Positions 1 to 10,503 of a stretch of 51,525 nucleotides of DNA are shown in pieces. The stretch is from Acholeplasmataceae bacterium. Lineage in GTDB: Bacteria; Bacillota_I; Bacilli_A; Acholeplasmatales; Acholeplasmataceae. How positions within the stretch are numbered: position 1 is the stretch's first letter; the number at the start of each line of letters is the position of its first letter. The stretch is taken from positions 1 to 51,525 of the forward strand of contig JAAYXR010000074.1 in the NCBI GenBank assembly GCA_012515785.1, read 5' to 3'. The notes under the pieces are model-generated. The model made no database searches, was not told the DNA's origin, and saw nothing but the letters and a program-made list of their open reading frames with translations. The translations under genes were made by a program, and so were the position numbers.

Positions 1-829
1 CGTTTTTCGAAAACAAGAGTGAGAGTAAGGTAATACTTGTTAGTACGACAATAATCATTGGTCCAGGTGGTAAATTTAATTGATCAGCAATTATTACTCC
101 AATAAATCCAGAAATAGCTCCGATTAATCCGGCAATAATATAATTGATTGATAACCGATGATTCCACTGTCTTGCGGCAACCGCCGGAGCAATTAACATC
201 GCACTAATTAATACTACACCGACCATTTGAATTCCGGCAACAACAACTAATACAATTAAAACTGAAAAGATAATATCTAATATTCTTGATTTAAAACCTA
301 ATGAATCAAAATACTCTGAATTAAATATTTGAACTTTTAATTCTTTCCATAATAGTATAATAACGAGATTAACAACGACAGCAACACCAATTGTTAAATA
401 CATATCTTTAAGTAATATTGTCGCTGCTTGACCAAAAATAAATGATTCTAATCCAGCAGTCCCAGCATTATTCGATCTTTGAACTACTGATAGTAACATC
501 CTACCTAATCCAAAAAATCCAGCTAATAAAATTGCTAGAGTTGCATCATTTTTAATCTTTGAATATTTTTTAATAAAATTAAATAATAAGATTGATAAAA
601 AACCGGTAATAATCGCACCAATTAATAATACTTCTAATTCTTTTGAACTAAATATTACAAATGTTAAAACAACACCAGGTAGCGCTGAGTGCGCAATAGT
701 GTCTCCAACTAGTGCTTGTTTTTTTAAGACGATAAATACTCCAAAAGAACCCGCTAAAAACCCTAAAACAACACTAGTTATTAAAACTCTAGAGAGTGCT
801 GGTGTCATTTGGAATAAAATATTAAACAT
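1..829 (-). CDS. Metal (Zn/Mn) ABC transporter permease, ABC-3 family; partial, C-terminus lies beyond the window
   Basis: Absent from the ORF track because it runs off the window. Manual translation from ATG 829 gives MFNILFQMTPALSRVLITSVVLGFLAGSFGVFIVLKKQALVGDTIAHSALPGVV..., hydrophobic and MntC/ZnuB/TroC-like. It overlaps the upstream ATPase gene by 8 nt, consistent with an operon. Confidence 0.8.
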   Translation of the reverse strand, partial: MFNILFQMTPALSRVLITSVVLGFLAGSFGVFIVLKKQALVGDTIAHSALPGVVLTFVIFSSKELEVLLIGAIITGFLSILLFNFIKKYSKIKNDATLAILLAGFFGLGRMLLSVVQRSNNAGTAGLESFIFGQAATILLKDMYLTIGVAVVVNLVIILLWKELKVQIFNSEYFDSLGFKSRILDIIFSVLIVLVVVAGIQMVGVVLISAMLIAPAVAARQWNHRLSINYIIAGLIGAISGFIGVIIADQLNLPPGPMIIVVLTSITLLSLLFSKN

Positions 830-1574
830 TTGAAGTTGTCCTCTTTAAAGATCTTTCTTGATATGTCTTTTTAATATTTTCTTCAGTAAATGCTTCTTCA
901 ATTGTCCCTTGAGCAATTACTTCTAAATTAATTAAAGCAACATAATCAAAATAAGTTGGAACTGTCTTTAAATCATGGTGAACGATAATTAATGTTTTTC
1001 CTTCTTGTTTAAGCGTTTTAAAAATATTAACAATCGCTTCCTCAGTCACAACATCTACCCCTTGAAATGGTTCATCCATAATATAAATATCAGCCCTTTG
1101 AGCTAGGGCTCTAGCTAAGAAAACACGTTGTTGCTGACCACCTGACAATTCTGAGATTTGTCTGTTTTTATATTTAGTCATACCAACTCGCTCTAAACAA
1201 CTTAACGCTATCGCTTTATCTTCTTTAGTTGGACGTTTAAACCACCCAATATCGCCATATCTTCCCATTAAGACCACATCAAAAACAGTTGTTGGAAAAT
1301 CCCAATCAACTGAACCACGTTGCGGAACATAAGCGATATGTTTTTTCATTTCTTGATAAGGCTTATCAAAGTAAGTAACGTAGCCAGTTACTACATTAAC
1401 TAGTCCTAACATTCCTTTAATTAAAGTTGATTTTCCAGCACCATTTGGACCAACAATTGCCATTAAGGCTCCTCTTGGTATTTGTAAGTCAACGTCCCAT
1501 AATACTGGTTTAATATCATATGAAATTGTTAAGTCTTCGACAATAATATAATCTTTACTTTCCATTTTAATCAC
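822..1574 (-). CDS. Metal ABC transporter ATP-binding protein
   Basis: Walker A GPNGAGKST, ABC signature LSGGQQQR, Walker B IYIMDEP. Lies between the SBP and permease genes. Confidence 0.9.
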   Translation of the reverse strand: MIKMESKDYIIVEDLTISYDIKPVLWDVDLQIPRGALMAIVGPNGAGKSTLIKGMLGLVNVVTGYVTYFDKPYQEMKKHIAYVPQRGSVDWDFPTTVFDVVLMGRYGDIGWFKRPTKEDKAIALSCLERVGMTKYKNRQISELSGGQQQRVFLARALAQRADIYIMDEPFQGVDVVTEEAIVNIFKTLKQEGKTLIIVHHDLKTVPTYFDYVALINLEVIAQGTIEEAFTEENIKKTYQERSLKRTTSNV

Positions 1575-1577
1575 ATC

Positions 1578-2576
1578 TTATTTATTATTAATTGCATCAA
1601 CAATCATATCAATGTTGTCTCTTAACATATCAATATATGTACTACCTTTTCCATCCGGATTACCTAAAGCATCAGAAAATAATTCGCCACCAATGCGAAT
1701 CGTATGATTTTTAATTCGAGCTGATTCAATAATCGCATTGATTGTCTTTTGTGGAACCGATGATTCAATAAATACTACTTCTACGTTTTTTTCAATCGCT
1801 AATGATACTAAATTTTCAATATCTTTAGTACTAGCTTCATCTTCAGTTGAAACTCCTAAAACGGCGTTAACACTAAAACCATATCTTTCGCCAAAATAAC
1901 CAAAAGCGTCATGAGCCGTTAATAAAACTCTTTTTTCTACTGGTACTTCACTTATTCTTGATTCTAAATATGTATTTAGGGCATTTAGTTCTACTAAGTA
2001 ACTTTGATATCTTAACTCAAAATAGTTTTCGTGTTGTGGATAAAGTCTTTGAAGTTCGTTTGTTATATATCTAGACACAATAATCCAATAATCAACATTA
2101 AACCAAAAATGCGGATCATACAATAAATCACCGTGATTATGTCCTTCATGATTTTCTCCAGTCCAACTAAGTAATGTAACTCCGTCTTCGTTATTATTTT
2201 CGTGTTTTTGAACTAAAACATTAGCCGCTTCAATTACTAAAACATCACGATTAGCAACTTTTCTTAATGCTTCACTAGTTTGAGCTTCTAAATGCATTCC
2301 TGAAAATATTACAACCTCAGCTGATAATAAATAGTCAATATCTAATTTAGTTGGAATATATGAATGTGGATCTACTCCTGGCTTCATTAACTGGTGAACA
2401 ACTACTTTGTTACCACCAATATTTCTAACCATATCAGATATTAGTGAGGTTGTCGCAACAATTTTAATTTCTTCAGCTTCTAAAAAATTTCTATAATCTT
2501 TTTTAGGATTTGCACATCCTACTAATAAACTAATCGATAAAATTGTAACAAATATTAATATAATTTTCTTTTTCAT
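1578..2576 (-). CDS. Metal-binding lipoprotein (ZnuA/MntC/TroA-type substrate-binding protein)
   Basis: Signal peptide with lipobox LLVGC. Cluster A-I SBP motifs DPHSY and DPHFW. A short His-rich loop ENHEGHNHGD hints at zinc; metal specificity is not established. Confidence 0.85.
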   Translation of the reverse strand: MKKKIILIFVTILSISLLVGCANPKKDYRNFLEAEEIKIVATTSLISDMVRNIGGNKVVVHQLMKPGVDPHSYIPTKLDIDYLLSAEVVIFSGMHLEAQTSEALRKVANRDVLVIEAANVLVQKHENNNEDGVTLLSWTGENHEGHNHGDLLYDPHFWFNVDYWIIVSRYITNELQRLYPQHENYFELRYQSYLVELNALNTYLESRISEVPVEKRVLLTAHDAFGYFGERYGFSVNAVLGVSTEDEASTKDIENLVSLAIEKNVEVVFIESSVPQKTINAIIESARIKNHTIRIGGELFSDALGNPDGKGSTYIDMLRDNIDMIVDAINNK

Positions 2577-2672
2577 GTCAAGTCCTCCTTGTTACATTAA
2601 TAACATAACATGGAACGTTATTTTCTTCAAGTAATTTATACTTTTTATAAACAGTGATATAAATATCTTTAA

Positions 2673-4637
2673 TTATCTTGAAGCTTTTAATTCATAAATT
2701 AAATCTCTAATTTCAGCAGCTAATTCGAACTCTAAATTTCTTGCTGCTTCTTTCATCCTTGTTTCTAAAATCGATACTTCTTTATCAATTTCCTTACGAG
2801 TCATCTTATCATATTCTTTAGTTTCTTGTAAGACTTGGTTTAAACCAATCTTATCTCTAATTTCTTTAAAGACCGTTTCTGGAACCAAATTATGTTTTAA
2901 GTTAAAATCTTGTTGAATTTTACGACGACGATTAGTTTCAGTAATCGCTTCTTCCATTGAAGCTGATATTTCATCAGCATACATAATTACTTTACCATTA
3001 ACATTTCTTGCGGCCCTACCAGTAGTTTGAATTAAAGACCTAGTCGATCTTAAAAATCCTTGTTTATCAGCATCAAGAATTGCTACCAGTGATACTTCAG
3101 GAAGGTCAAGACCTTCTCTTAATAAGTTTATTCCAACTAAAACATCATATTTTCCTAACCTTAAATCTCTTAAAATAACGATTCGTTCAAGTGGTTTAAT
3201 CTTACTATGTAAATAAGCTACTTTTAGCCCTCTTTCTTTAAAATAAGTCGTTAAATCTTCACTCATTTTAATTGTTAAAGTAGTCACCAAAACTCTTTCT
3301 TCTTTTAAAATTCGTTTTTTAATTTCATTATATAAATCATCAATTTGACCTAAAGTCGGTCTAACTTCTATTACTGGATCAACTAAATACGTTGGTCTGA
3401 TGATTTGTTCGACCACTGGAATTCCTTTATTCAGCTCATAATCGCCTGGTGTAGCCGACAAATATAATACCTTATCAACTTTCTTTTCAAATTCTTTAAA
3501 GCGTAAAGGTCGATTATCAAGGGCACTTGGAAGACGAAATCCATGTTCAACAAGAGTCGTTTTTCTTGATCTATCACCATTAAACATTCCTCTAATTTGA
3601 GGAACGGCGACGTGTGATTCATCAATAATCATTAAAAAATCATCGCCAAAGAAATCAATTAATGTGTTTGGTGTTTCCCCTTCCGCTTTTAACGCTAAAT
3701 GACGCGAATAGTTTTCAACACCACTACAAAACCCTAATTCTTCAAGCAATTCTAAATCATACTGAGTCCGCATTTTAATTCTTTGAGCTTCAAGTAACAT
3801 ATTTCGATCAGTAAAATATTTAATCCTTTCATCAAGCTCCGCCCTAATTCTTTCAAGGGCTATTTTTAATTTTTCAGGACTAGTCACAAAGTGAGTCGCT
3901 GGCGGAATAGTCACAAACGCAACTTCCTCTAAAGTAGTGCCGGTGACGATATCAAACTCTCTTATTTCATCAATTTCATCACCAAAAAATGAAACTCTAA
4001 TTCCACTAGAACGTTCATTAATCGGGACAATATCAACGACATCTCCTCTGACTCTAAAGGTGCCACGTTTAAAATCAACATCGCTTCTTTCATAAGAAAG
4101 ATCAACTAATTTATTTAATAAATGAGAGCGGCCTAATTCTTCACCTTTTCTTAAAAATATTACTGAATTTTTATATTCATCAATATCCCCAATTCCATAA
4201 ATACACGAAACTGACGCTACAACAATGACATCATCATTAGAAATAAGTGATGATGTCGCTGAGTGTCTTAGTTCATCAATTTCATCATTAATGGCGGCAT
4301 CTTTTTCAATATAAGTATCGCTTGAAATAACATAAGCTTCTGGTTGATAGTAATCGTAATAAGAAATAAAATATTCAACTCTATTTTTAGGAAAAAATGA
4401 TTTTAATTCGCCAAATAATTGACCCGCTAAAGTTTTATTAGGAGCCATAATTAACGTTTTTTTACCTAAACTTTGGATAATATTGGCAATCGTAAAAGTC
4501 TTACCGGTGCCAGTAGCACCTAGTAAGATTTGTTCCTTAATGCCATTATTAAAGTTTTCTTTTATTTCTTTTATCGCACTAACTTGGTCGCCTCTTGGTT
4601 CATAAGGTGCGACAAGTTTAAATATTTCTTTAGACAT
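2673..4637 (-). CDS. uvrB: Excinuclease ABC subunit B
   Basis: Helicase motifs GATGTGKTF and DESH, and a UVR domain at the C-terminus. Start placed at [18 protein letters not shown] (ATG 4637), 1 nt after the pfkA stop; the track start at 4655 is a TTG inside pfkA. Confidence 0.95.
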   Translation of the reverse strand: MSKEIFKLVAPYEPRGDQVSAIKEIKENFNNGIKEQILLGATGTGKTFTIANIIQSLGKKTLIMAPNKTLAGQLFGELKSFFPKNRVEYFISYYDYYQPEAYVISSDTYIEKDAAINDEIDELRHSATSSLISNDDVIVVASVSCIYGIGDIDEYKNSVIFLRKGEELGRSHLLNKLVDLSYERSDVDFKRGTFRVRGDVVDIVPINERSSGIRVSFFGDEIDEIREFDIVTGTTLEEVAFVTIPPATHFVTSPEKLKIALERIRAELDERIKYFTDRNMLLEAQRIKMRTQYDLELLEELGFCSGVENYSRHLALKAEGETPNTLIDFFGDDFLMIIDESHVAVPQIRGMFNGDRSRKTTLVEHGFRLPSALDNRPLRFKEFEKKVDKVLYLSATPGDYELNKGIPVVEQIIRPTYLVDPVIEVRPTLGQIDDLYNEIKKRILKEERVLVTTLTIKMSEDLTTYFKERGLKVAYLHSKIKPLERIVILRDLRLGKYDVLVGINLLREGLDLPEVSLVAILDADKQGFLRSTRSLIQTTGRAARNVNGKVIMYADEISASMEEAITETNRRRKIQQDFNLKHNLVPETVFKEIRDKIGLNQVLQETKEYDKMTRKEIDKEVSILETRMKEAARNLEFELAAEIRDLIYELKASR

Positions 4638-4638
4638 T

Positions 4639-5589
4639 TTATGATACTTTATCAACTAATTCATATAGTGGGCTACGATCATCTACTTCACTTAAGATAT
4701 CAACAACTTTAGCGTTAACTAAAGTTTCTTGTCGTACTCCAACTCCGACTCCGTAAATTCCCTCCATCGCTAACTCGACTGCATATACTCCTAGTTGAGT
4801 CGCTAAAACTCGATCTTGTGGAACTGGAGCGCCCCCTCTTTGAATATACCCTAAGACAGTTGCACGAGTTGCAAATCCAGATTTTTGAGTTATTTCTTCG
4901 GCTAAGTCATGAACATTAAAGATATTTTCTGTTGCCACAATAATTGCTTGTCTTCGACCTTCTTTTTTCCACTGAGCTAATGTTTGAATCATTTTATCTT
5001 TATCAACGGAGTGTTGTTTCGTAATAATAAATTCAGCACCACCACAAATTCCAGCATAAATCGCTAAATCGCCGCCTTCACGTCCCATAGTTTCAATAAT
5101 AGAACATCTTTGATGAGAACTTGACGTATCTCTTAATTTATCAATCCCCTCAACAATCGTATTTAGTGCAGTATTAAATCCGATAGTAAAATCGGTGCCA
5201 CCCAAATCATTATCAATTGTAGCGGGTATCGCAATGACATTAACTCCCATTTCAATTAGAGCTTGAGCCCCTCTAAAAGTACCATCGCCACCAATAACAA
5301 TTAAGGCGTCAATATTTCTTTTTTGTAAATTTCTAATGGCTAATTCTCTAACTTCAAGTTTTAAAAAGTCTTTCGATCTGGCTGTTCCTAAGAAAGTACC
5401 ACCTTTAGTAAGCATCCCTGAAACATCTTCACGCAATAATAAAACCATATCATTTTCAATTAAGCCTTGATACCCATTTTTAATTCCATAAATATGATGT
5501 CCATAATGAATTGCGGTTCTAACTACCGCTCTTAATGCCGCATTCATTCCTGGAGCATCTCCACCTGATGTTAAAACGCCAAATCTCAT
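4639..5589 (-). CDS. pfkA: ATP-dependent 6-phosphofructokinase
   Basis: [18 protein letters not shown]-terminus. GGDGT and PATIDND motifs (Gly at the GGDG position, no Lys in the P-x-TIDND motif) indicate the ATP type. SD GAGGTGA upstream. Confidence 0.9.
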   Translation of the reverse strand: MRFGVLTSGGDAPGMNAALRAVVRTAIHYGHHIYGIKNGYQGLIENDMVLLLREDVSGMLTKGGTFLGTARSKDFLKLEVRELAIRNLQKRNIDALIVIGGDGTFRGAQALIEMGVNVIAIPATIDNDLGGTDFTIGFNTALNTIVEGIDKLRDTSSSHQRCSIIETMGREGGDLAIYAGICGGAEFIITKQHSVDKDKMIQTLAQWKKEGRRQAIIVATENIFNVHDLAEEITQKSGFATRATVLGYIQRGGAPVPQDRVLATQLGVYAVELAMEGIYGVGVGVRQETLVNAKVVDILSEVDDRSPLYELVDKVS

Positions 5590-5616
5590 AAGAATTCACC
5601 TCATTTTTATCTTCCC

Positions 5617-5659
5617 TATACTATAAATAGTATACCATAACCGATAAGTGTGATAAAAT
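5617..5659. promoter_or_regulatory. Divergent pfkA/pfp promoter region with an 18-bp perfect palindrome
   Basis: TATACTAT-AA-ATAGTATA at 5617..5634 overlaps a minus-strand TGgTATACT extended -10 (5629..5637). A plus-strand TGaTAAAAT extended -10 lies at 5651..5659, 21 nt before the pfp ATG. Called by sequence pattern only. Confidence 0.35.
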
Positions 5660-5680
5660 ATAAAAGAAAGGGTGATTATT

Positions 5681-6928
5681 ATGAATAAATTAAAAGGTGT
5701 TGTTTTATTAGGTCAATCTGGAGGACCAACAAGCGTAATTAACGCAAGTGCTGCTGGTGTCTTTTTAGAAGCATTAAAGCATCCAGATCGTATTACTGGT
5801 GTATACGGAGCTGTACATGGTATTAAAGGAATTTTAAATGAAGAGTTTTATGACATTATGAAAGAAGATCCAAAAGAATTAGAACTTCTTAAAAACACTC
5901 CGTCATCATCAATCGGTAGCGTTAGATATAAATTAGCTGATCCAAAAGTTAACGATAAAGACTACAAAAGATTAGTTGAAGTTTTTAAAAAGTACAATAT
6001 TCGTTACTTCTTCTATAACGGTGGAAATGACTCAATGGATACTGCTCATAAAATTAGTGAGTTCATGAAAGACTCAGGTTGGGATTGCACAGTTATTGGT
6101 ATTCCTAAAACTGTCGACAATGATTTAGCTGGAACTGACCATTCGCCAGGATTTGCAAGTGCTGCTAAATATGTAGCTACTACATTAATGGAGTTATATC
6201 ATGATGCAACGGTTTATGATACACCACAAGTTACAATTGTTGAAATTATGGGTCGTAATGCTGGTTGGTTAACTGCAGCAGCTCAATTAGCTGTTGAAAA
6301 AGGACAAGGACCAGACTTAATTTACTTACCAGAAAAAGTATTTGACTATGATAAATTCTTTGCAGATGTTGAAAGAATTTTAAAGAAAAAAGGTAAAGTT
6401 ATTGTTGCTATTAGCGAAGGTGTTCAAGACGCAGATGGCAAATATATTCCTGAACATTTCAGCACCTTATCAAAAGATTCATTTGGACATGCTCAATTAG
6501 GTGGAACCGCAACAATTTTAGCTGATCAAATTAAAGAAAAGTTAAATGTTAAAGTTAGAGCAATTGAGTTTTCATTAATGCAAAGATGTGCTGCTCACTT
6601 AGCAAGTAAAGTTGATGTTAGAGAAGCATTCCATGCTGGTGTTAAAGGTGTTAGAGAAGCGTTAAAAGGAACATCAGATGTTATGATTGGTTTTAAACGA
6701 ATCTCATCTAATCCATATAAGATGAAATACGTTAACGTTCCACTTTCAGTTACTGCCAATACCGAAAGAAAAGTTCCTTTAAAATGGATTAAACCAGACA
6801 ATACCGGATTAACTAAAGAATTTGTTGAATATTGCTTACCTTTAATTCAAGGTGAAGATAAGGCCAAACTTGTTGACGGACTTCCAAGATTTGCAAAACT
6901 TAAAAAAATTAGAGTACCTAAAAAATAA
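5681..6928 (+). CDS. pfp: Pyrophosphate-dependent phosphofructokinase (PPi-PFK, about 415-aa short type)
   Basis: GGPTSVINAS, GGNDS, PKTVDNDL (the Lys diagnostic of PPi-PFKs) and MGR motifs. Start set at ATG 5681 behind SD AAAGGGTGA; the track start at 5672 is a GTG inside the SD. Confidence 0.85.
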   Translation: MNKLKGVVLLGQSGGPTSVINASAAGVFLEALKHPDRITGVYGAVHGIKGILNEEFYDIMKEDPKELELLKNTPSSSIGSVRYKLADPKVNDKDYKRLVEVFKKYNIRYFFYNGGNDSMDTAHKISEFMKDSGWDCTVIGIPKTVDNDLAGTDHSPGFASAAKYVATTLMELYHDATVYDTPQVTIVEIMGRNAGWLTAAAQLAVEKGQGPDLIYLPEKVFDYDKFFADVERILKKKGKVIVAISEGVQDADGKYIPEHFSTLSKDSFGHAQLGGTATILADQIKEKLNVKVRAIEFSLMQRCAAHLASKVDVREAFHAGVKGVREALKGTSDVMIGFKRISSNPYKMKYVNVPLSVTANTERKVPLKWIKPDNTGLTKEFVEYCLPLIQGEDKAKLVDGLPRFAKLKKIRVPKK

Positions 6929-6940
6929 TTAATAAATAAC

Positions 6941-6975
6941 AAAAGGCTTGACCCAAGTTGGAGTCAAGCCTTTTT
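6941..6975. terminator. Bidirectional intrinsic terminator between convergent pfp and dnaE
   Basis: AAAAGGCTTGAC (6941..6952) pairs with GTCAAGCCTTTT (6963..6974). A-run on the 5' side and T-run on the 3' side. Confidence 0.8.
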
Positions 6976-6985
6976 AATTATTATG

Positions 6986-9958
6986 TTATATATCAAACGC
7001 CTTAATTTCTTCAGCTACAAATGTATCTCGGTTTTGATATTTATTTTTCTTTACTTTAAAAACAAATACATTCGAATCTCTAATCTCTAAAAATGGTTGA
7101 TATAGTCTAGTAAACACCGTAACATCAATTTTAGTGGTTTCATCTTGAATTTCAACAAAAGCCATCTTTTGGTTAGTTTTCGTTGTTATTTCTTTGATGT
7201 TAGTCACTTTAGCAATGACAACAAACTCACTTCTTTTAATTGATTCCGCCAGTGGTACTAATTTGTGCTTCTTTCTTAAATTAATCAGTTCACTAAATTC
7301 ATTTTGAAATATATTAAATCCGTATGCTTGTCTTTCAAGTTCCATTAATTCACTAATATGATATTCCTCTTCATACTTTTGGGTAATAACACTTGATAAA
7401 TATGCAGCATACATTAAATTTTCGCGACTTTGATTCGCTTTTAAAGTTTTTTTATTTAACCCAAATTCATCTAAAGCACTAGCATAAATTAAGTTTTCGA
7501 TATTGCGATCTCCAAAAACTCCTTGTGTTCTTAAAAGAAAATCATTATAGTCTTTAAATTTTTCATCGCCCCTAGTTTCCAAAAATTTTCTAACAGTTTC
7601 TCTACCAATTGATTTAACTAAAGTAAGTGGTAACATAACCGCATTACCAAAAATTTGGTAAACGTTAGTTGCCACATTAATTTCAGGTGGCAAGAGTTCA
7701 TACCCATTTGCTAGTAATTCATCTAAATACTTTTTAGTCAAACTTTCATTACCAATATTATTTGATAGTAAAACTGCTGCAAACTCTTGGAAATAATTGG
7801 CTTTTAAATAAGCCATTTGATACGTTACGGTTGCATATGAAACACTATGAGCGCGGTTAAATCCGTAATCAGCAAACTTAACAATATAATCATAAATCTC
7901 TTTACTTAGTTTTTTGCTGCGTCCTAGTTTTGCTGCTGATTCAACAAAGTGAACTTCATCTTCTTTTAAAGTTTTAAAATCTTTTCTAGTAATACTTCTT
8001 CTTAGTAAATCTGCTTCAGCATATGAATATCCAGCAAATTTATTTGCAATTTGCATAATTTGTTCCTGGTAAACAATAACACCATATGTAGGATCTAATA
8101 TTTCATCTAAAATCGGGTTAACCTTATCATATGGTTTACCCTTTAATCTTTCGGCATAAGTTGGAATATTAGCCATTGGACCTGGGCGATATAAAGCAAG
8201 AGTTGCAACAATATCTTCAAACTTAGTTGGAGAGATTAATCTTAATGTTTGTTGCATTCCTGGTTGTTCAAGTTGAAAGACACCATTAGTATCTCCTTTT
8301 TGTAGAAGTTCATATGTTTTTTTGCAATCAAGACCAATTTCTTCTAATTTAAATTTTGGATCTCGTGTTTGAATTAATTTAACAGTATCATCAATAATGG
8401 TTAAATTTTTAATTCCTAAAAAGTCAATCTTTAAAAATCCCAATTCTTCTAAATGGGTCATATTCCATTGCGTTTGTGGAAATGACTGCGGACCATTTTG
8501 AAGTGGAATAATTTTAGATAAATTTTCACTTGATAAAATAATTCCTGCTGGGTGAGTTCCGGTATGACGCGGCAAATTGATAATTATATTTGAAGTATCA
8601 ATAATTTCTTTAATCTCTGGATCTTTAAAATCAAGTGTCCCTCTTCTTAACCCTTCAATTAGTTGATTGGTTTGACCAACACTATAATTTTTAGTTCTAG
8701 CGATATCGCGTATTGATGAATTTGATTGAAAAGTATCAAAGGTAATGATTGATGCAATATGTTCATTCCCGTATTTATCTCTAACATATTCAATAACTTC
8801 ATCTCTTCTATCATCAGGAAAATCTAAGTCAATATCTGGCATACTTAATCTTGCTGGATTTAAAAACCTTTCAAATAATAAATTATATTTAATTGGATCA
8901 ACTTCAGTAATATTTAACGAATATGCTACTAAACTACTAGCTCCTGAACCACGTCCCGGACCAACTAAGATTCCTTGATTCTTAGCATATCTAACAAAAT
9001 CTTGAATAATTAAAAAATAATCAGGATAATTTAAATTATTAATTACTTTAAGTTCATATTTTAATCTTTCAAGATATTCTTCTTTTGGTTTTTCATGTCC
9101 ATTAGCTAGTCTTTTTTCTAATCCTTCATACGCTAATTTTTCTAAGTATTTATCAGAGGACATTCCTTTGGTATCAATTTTAGGCAACTTCAACTTAGGA
9201 AGTTTAAATTCATAAGTGACACTTTTAGCTATTATACTTGCGTTTTTAAAAACGAACGGATAATCAGAGAAACGATAAGTTAATTCTTCTTTATTTAAAA
9301 AACTTAAATCTCCTTCATCAATTTCTTCGTTCTTTCCTGAAATCTTTTTTAACGTTAAGTAATGATTTTTATCATTAGCTTCTTCATATGAAGTTTTTTG
9401 GATTGGAAGAATCGTTGCCTCCGCTTCTAATGCCATTCTAACAAGCGTTGGTGCCACCATAATTTCATGATTAAAATTAGATAGCAGTAACCCCACATTA
9501 ATATCATTAATATCTTTTTTAATTTTTCTTAAAATGCGGTAAGCTTCTGGTAAATCATTATTAGAAATCTTTTGATCAATAATTGAATCTAATCCCGAAG
9601 TAATAATAATTAATCCTTCTTGATATTTAACTAATTCTTCATATTCGATATCTCTTGATTCCAAATTAATAATTGATGATATTTTTAATAAGTTAGAATA
9701 TCCAATATCATTTTCAACATAAATTAAAAACCCAGTTTTAAATACTTCAAAGTTAACGTCAATCTTCATTCCAATAATCGGTTTGATATCATTTTTTTTG
9801 GCCTCCTTAAAAAACTCATACATCCCGTATAAGTTATTATTATCTGCCAAACTAACAAAATCATATCCTTTTTCTTTAGCTAATTTTACTAATTTTGAAA
9901 CCGGAATTAAGTTGTTTAAAAGACTATATTCACTTTGGGTATAAAAAACTCCAAACAT
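6986..9958 (-). CDS. dnaE: DNA polymerase III alpha subunit (DnaE type)
   Basis: 990 aa. N-terminal PHP domain (YTQSEYSLL), polymerase core (GRGSGASSLVAY, PDIDLDF), C-terminal OB fold. Confidence 0.95.
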   Translation of the reverse strand: MFGVFYTQSEYSLLNNLIPVSKLVKLAKEKGYDFVSLADNNNLYGMYEFFKEAKKNDIKPIIGMKIDVNFEVFKTGFLIYVENDIGYSNLLKISSIINLESRDIEYEELVKYQEGLIIITSGLDSIIDQKISNNDLPEAYRILRKIKKDINDINVGLLLSNFNHEIMVAPTLVRMALEAEATILPIQKTSYEEANDKNHYLTLKKISGKNEEIDEGDLSFLNKEELTYRFSDYPFVFKNASIIAKSVTYEFKLPKLKLPKIDTKGMSSDKYLEKLAYEGLEKRLANGHEKPKEEYLERLKYELKVINNLNYPDYFLIIQDFVRYAKNQGILVGPGRGSGASSLVAYSLNITEVDPIKYNLLFERFLNPARLSMPDIDLDFPDDRRDEVIEYVRDKYGNEHIASIITFDTFQSNSSIRDIARTKNYSVGQTNQLIEGLRRGTLDFKDPEIKEIIDTSNIIINLPRHTGTHPAGIILSSENLSKIIPLQNGPQSFPQTQWNMTHLEELGFLKIDFLGIKNLTIIDDTVKLIQTRDPKFKLEEIGLDCKKTYELLQKGDTNGVFQLEQPGMQQTLRLISPTKFEDIVATLALYRPGPMANIPTYAERLKGKPYDKVNPILDEILDPTYGVIVYQEQIMQIANKFAGYSYAEADLLRRSITRKDFKTLKEDEVHFVESAAKLGRSKKLSKEIYDYIVKFADYGFNRAHSVSYATVTYQMAYLKANYFQEFAAVLLSNNIGNESLTKKYLDELLANGYELLPPEINVATNVYQIFGNAVMLPLTLVKSIGRETVRKFLETRGDEKFKDYNDFLLRTQGVFGDRNIENLIYASALDEFGLNKKTLKANQSRENLMYAAYLSSVITQKYEEEYHISELMELERQAYGFNIFQNEFSELINLRKKHKLVPLAESIKRSEFVVIAKVTNIKEITTKTNQKMAFVEIQDETTKIDVTVFTRLYQPFLEIRDSNVFVFKVKKNKYQNRDTFVAEEIKAFDI

Positions 9959-10003
9959 ATAATCACCAATTTTAGTATATCATGATAAGATAGGTTTTTT
10001 TAG

Positions 10004-10031
10004 AAAAAAAGGTCGATTTATTTCGACCTTT
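10004..10031 (-). terminator. Intrinsic terminator after flavodoxin
   Basis: AAAGGTCGA (10008..10016) pairs with TCGACCTTT (10023..10031). It is followed on the minus strand by a T7 run (A7 at 10004..10010). Confidence 0.75.
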
Positions 10032-10051
10032 AAAAATTATGCAATAATTTA

Positions 10052-10483
10052 TTAAAACTCAGCGAAGCCTTCGCCCCATTCAACACATAGAGCTTCGCCA
10101 TCTGCATCTGGAGTATAGTTTAGAATTAATCCTTCACCATTGAAAACTTCAGCACCTGCATCTTCGGTTCTTTCAACCCATTCTTCCATCCATTCGCCGT
10201 TTCCCCATCCATATGAACCAAATAAAAGTACTTTTTTACCTGATAATGAATCTTCAACGTCATCAAAGAAAGGTGCGAACTCATCTTCTTCTAATTTTTC
10301 ATCAGCCATTGATGGACAACCAAATGCGATTTTATCAAAATCAGCAACTTCACTAGGATCAACATCAACAACGTTTCTAACATCTACTTCAACGCCTGCG
10401 TTTTCTAAACCTTCAGCAATTTTTTCTGCCATAATTTCGGTATTTCCTGTACCACTCCAGTAAACAACTAATACTTTTGACAT
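10052..10483 (-). CDS. Short-chain flavodoxin
   Basis: FMN-binding signature VVYWSGTGNTE, 143 aa, very acidic. Confidence 0.9.
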   Translation of the reverse strand: MSKVLVVYWSGTGNTEIMAEKIAEGLENAGVEVDVRNVVDVDPSEVADFDKIAFGCPSMADEKLEEDEFAPFFDDVEDSLSGKKVLLFGSYGWGNGEWMEEWVERTEDAGAEVFNGEGLILNYTPDADGEALCVEWGEGFAEF

Positions 10484-10503
10484 ATTTAAAATCTCCCTTT
10501 CAT

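Noticed and set aside
2591-2621. Short GTTA(C/T)/ATAAC inverted repeats upstream of the metal ABC operon as a Zur/MntR/AdcR-type operator.
   Set aside because: The arms are only 4-5 bp with unequal spacers. They do not match the Zur, MntR or AdcR consensus boxes I know, and sequences like this are expected by chance in AT-rich DNA.
10140-10463. 107-aa plus-strand ORF antisense to flavodoxin. The same applies to the other antisense or nested track ORFs: 3431..3625, 4530..4712, 6595..6801, 8745..8978, 12699..12881, 13258..13476, 13615..13827, 14769..15101, 16471..16761, 18217..18417, 19722..19928, 22658..22858, 24926..25210, 26602..26790, 28324..28542, 34736..34918, 37172..37495, 38149..38496, 39774..39974, 43566..43778 and 46271..46456.
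   Set aside because: Each lies entirely inside, or mostly overlaps, a longer ORF with clear homology-type motifs. They have low-complexity or biased composition (for example a Ser/Thr-rich mirror of acidic codons), no SD and no recognisable domain. These are typical shadow ORFs.
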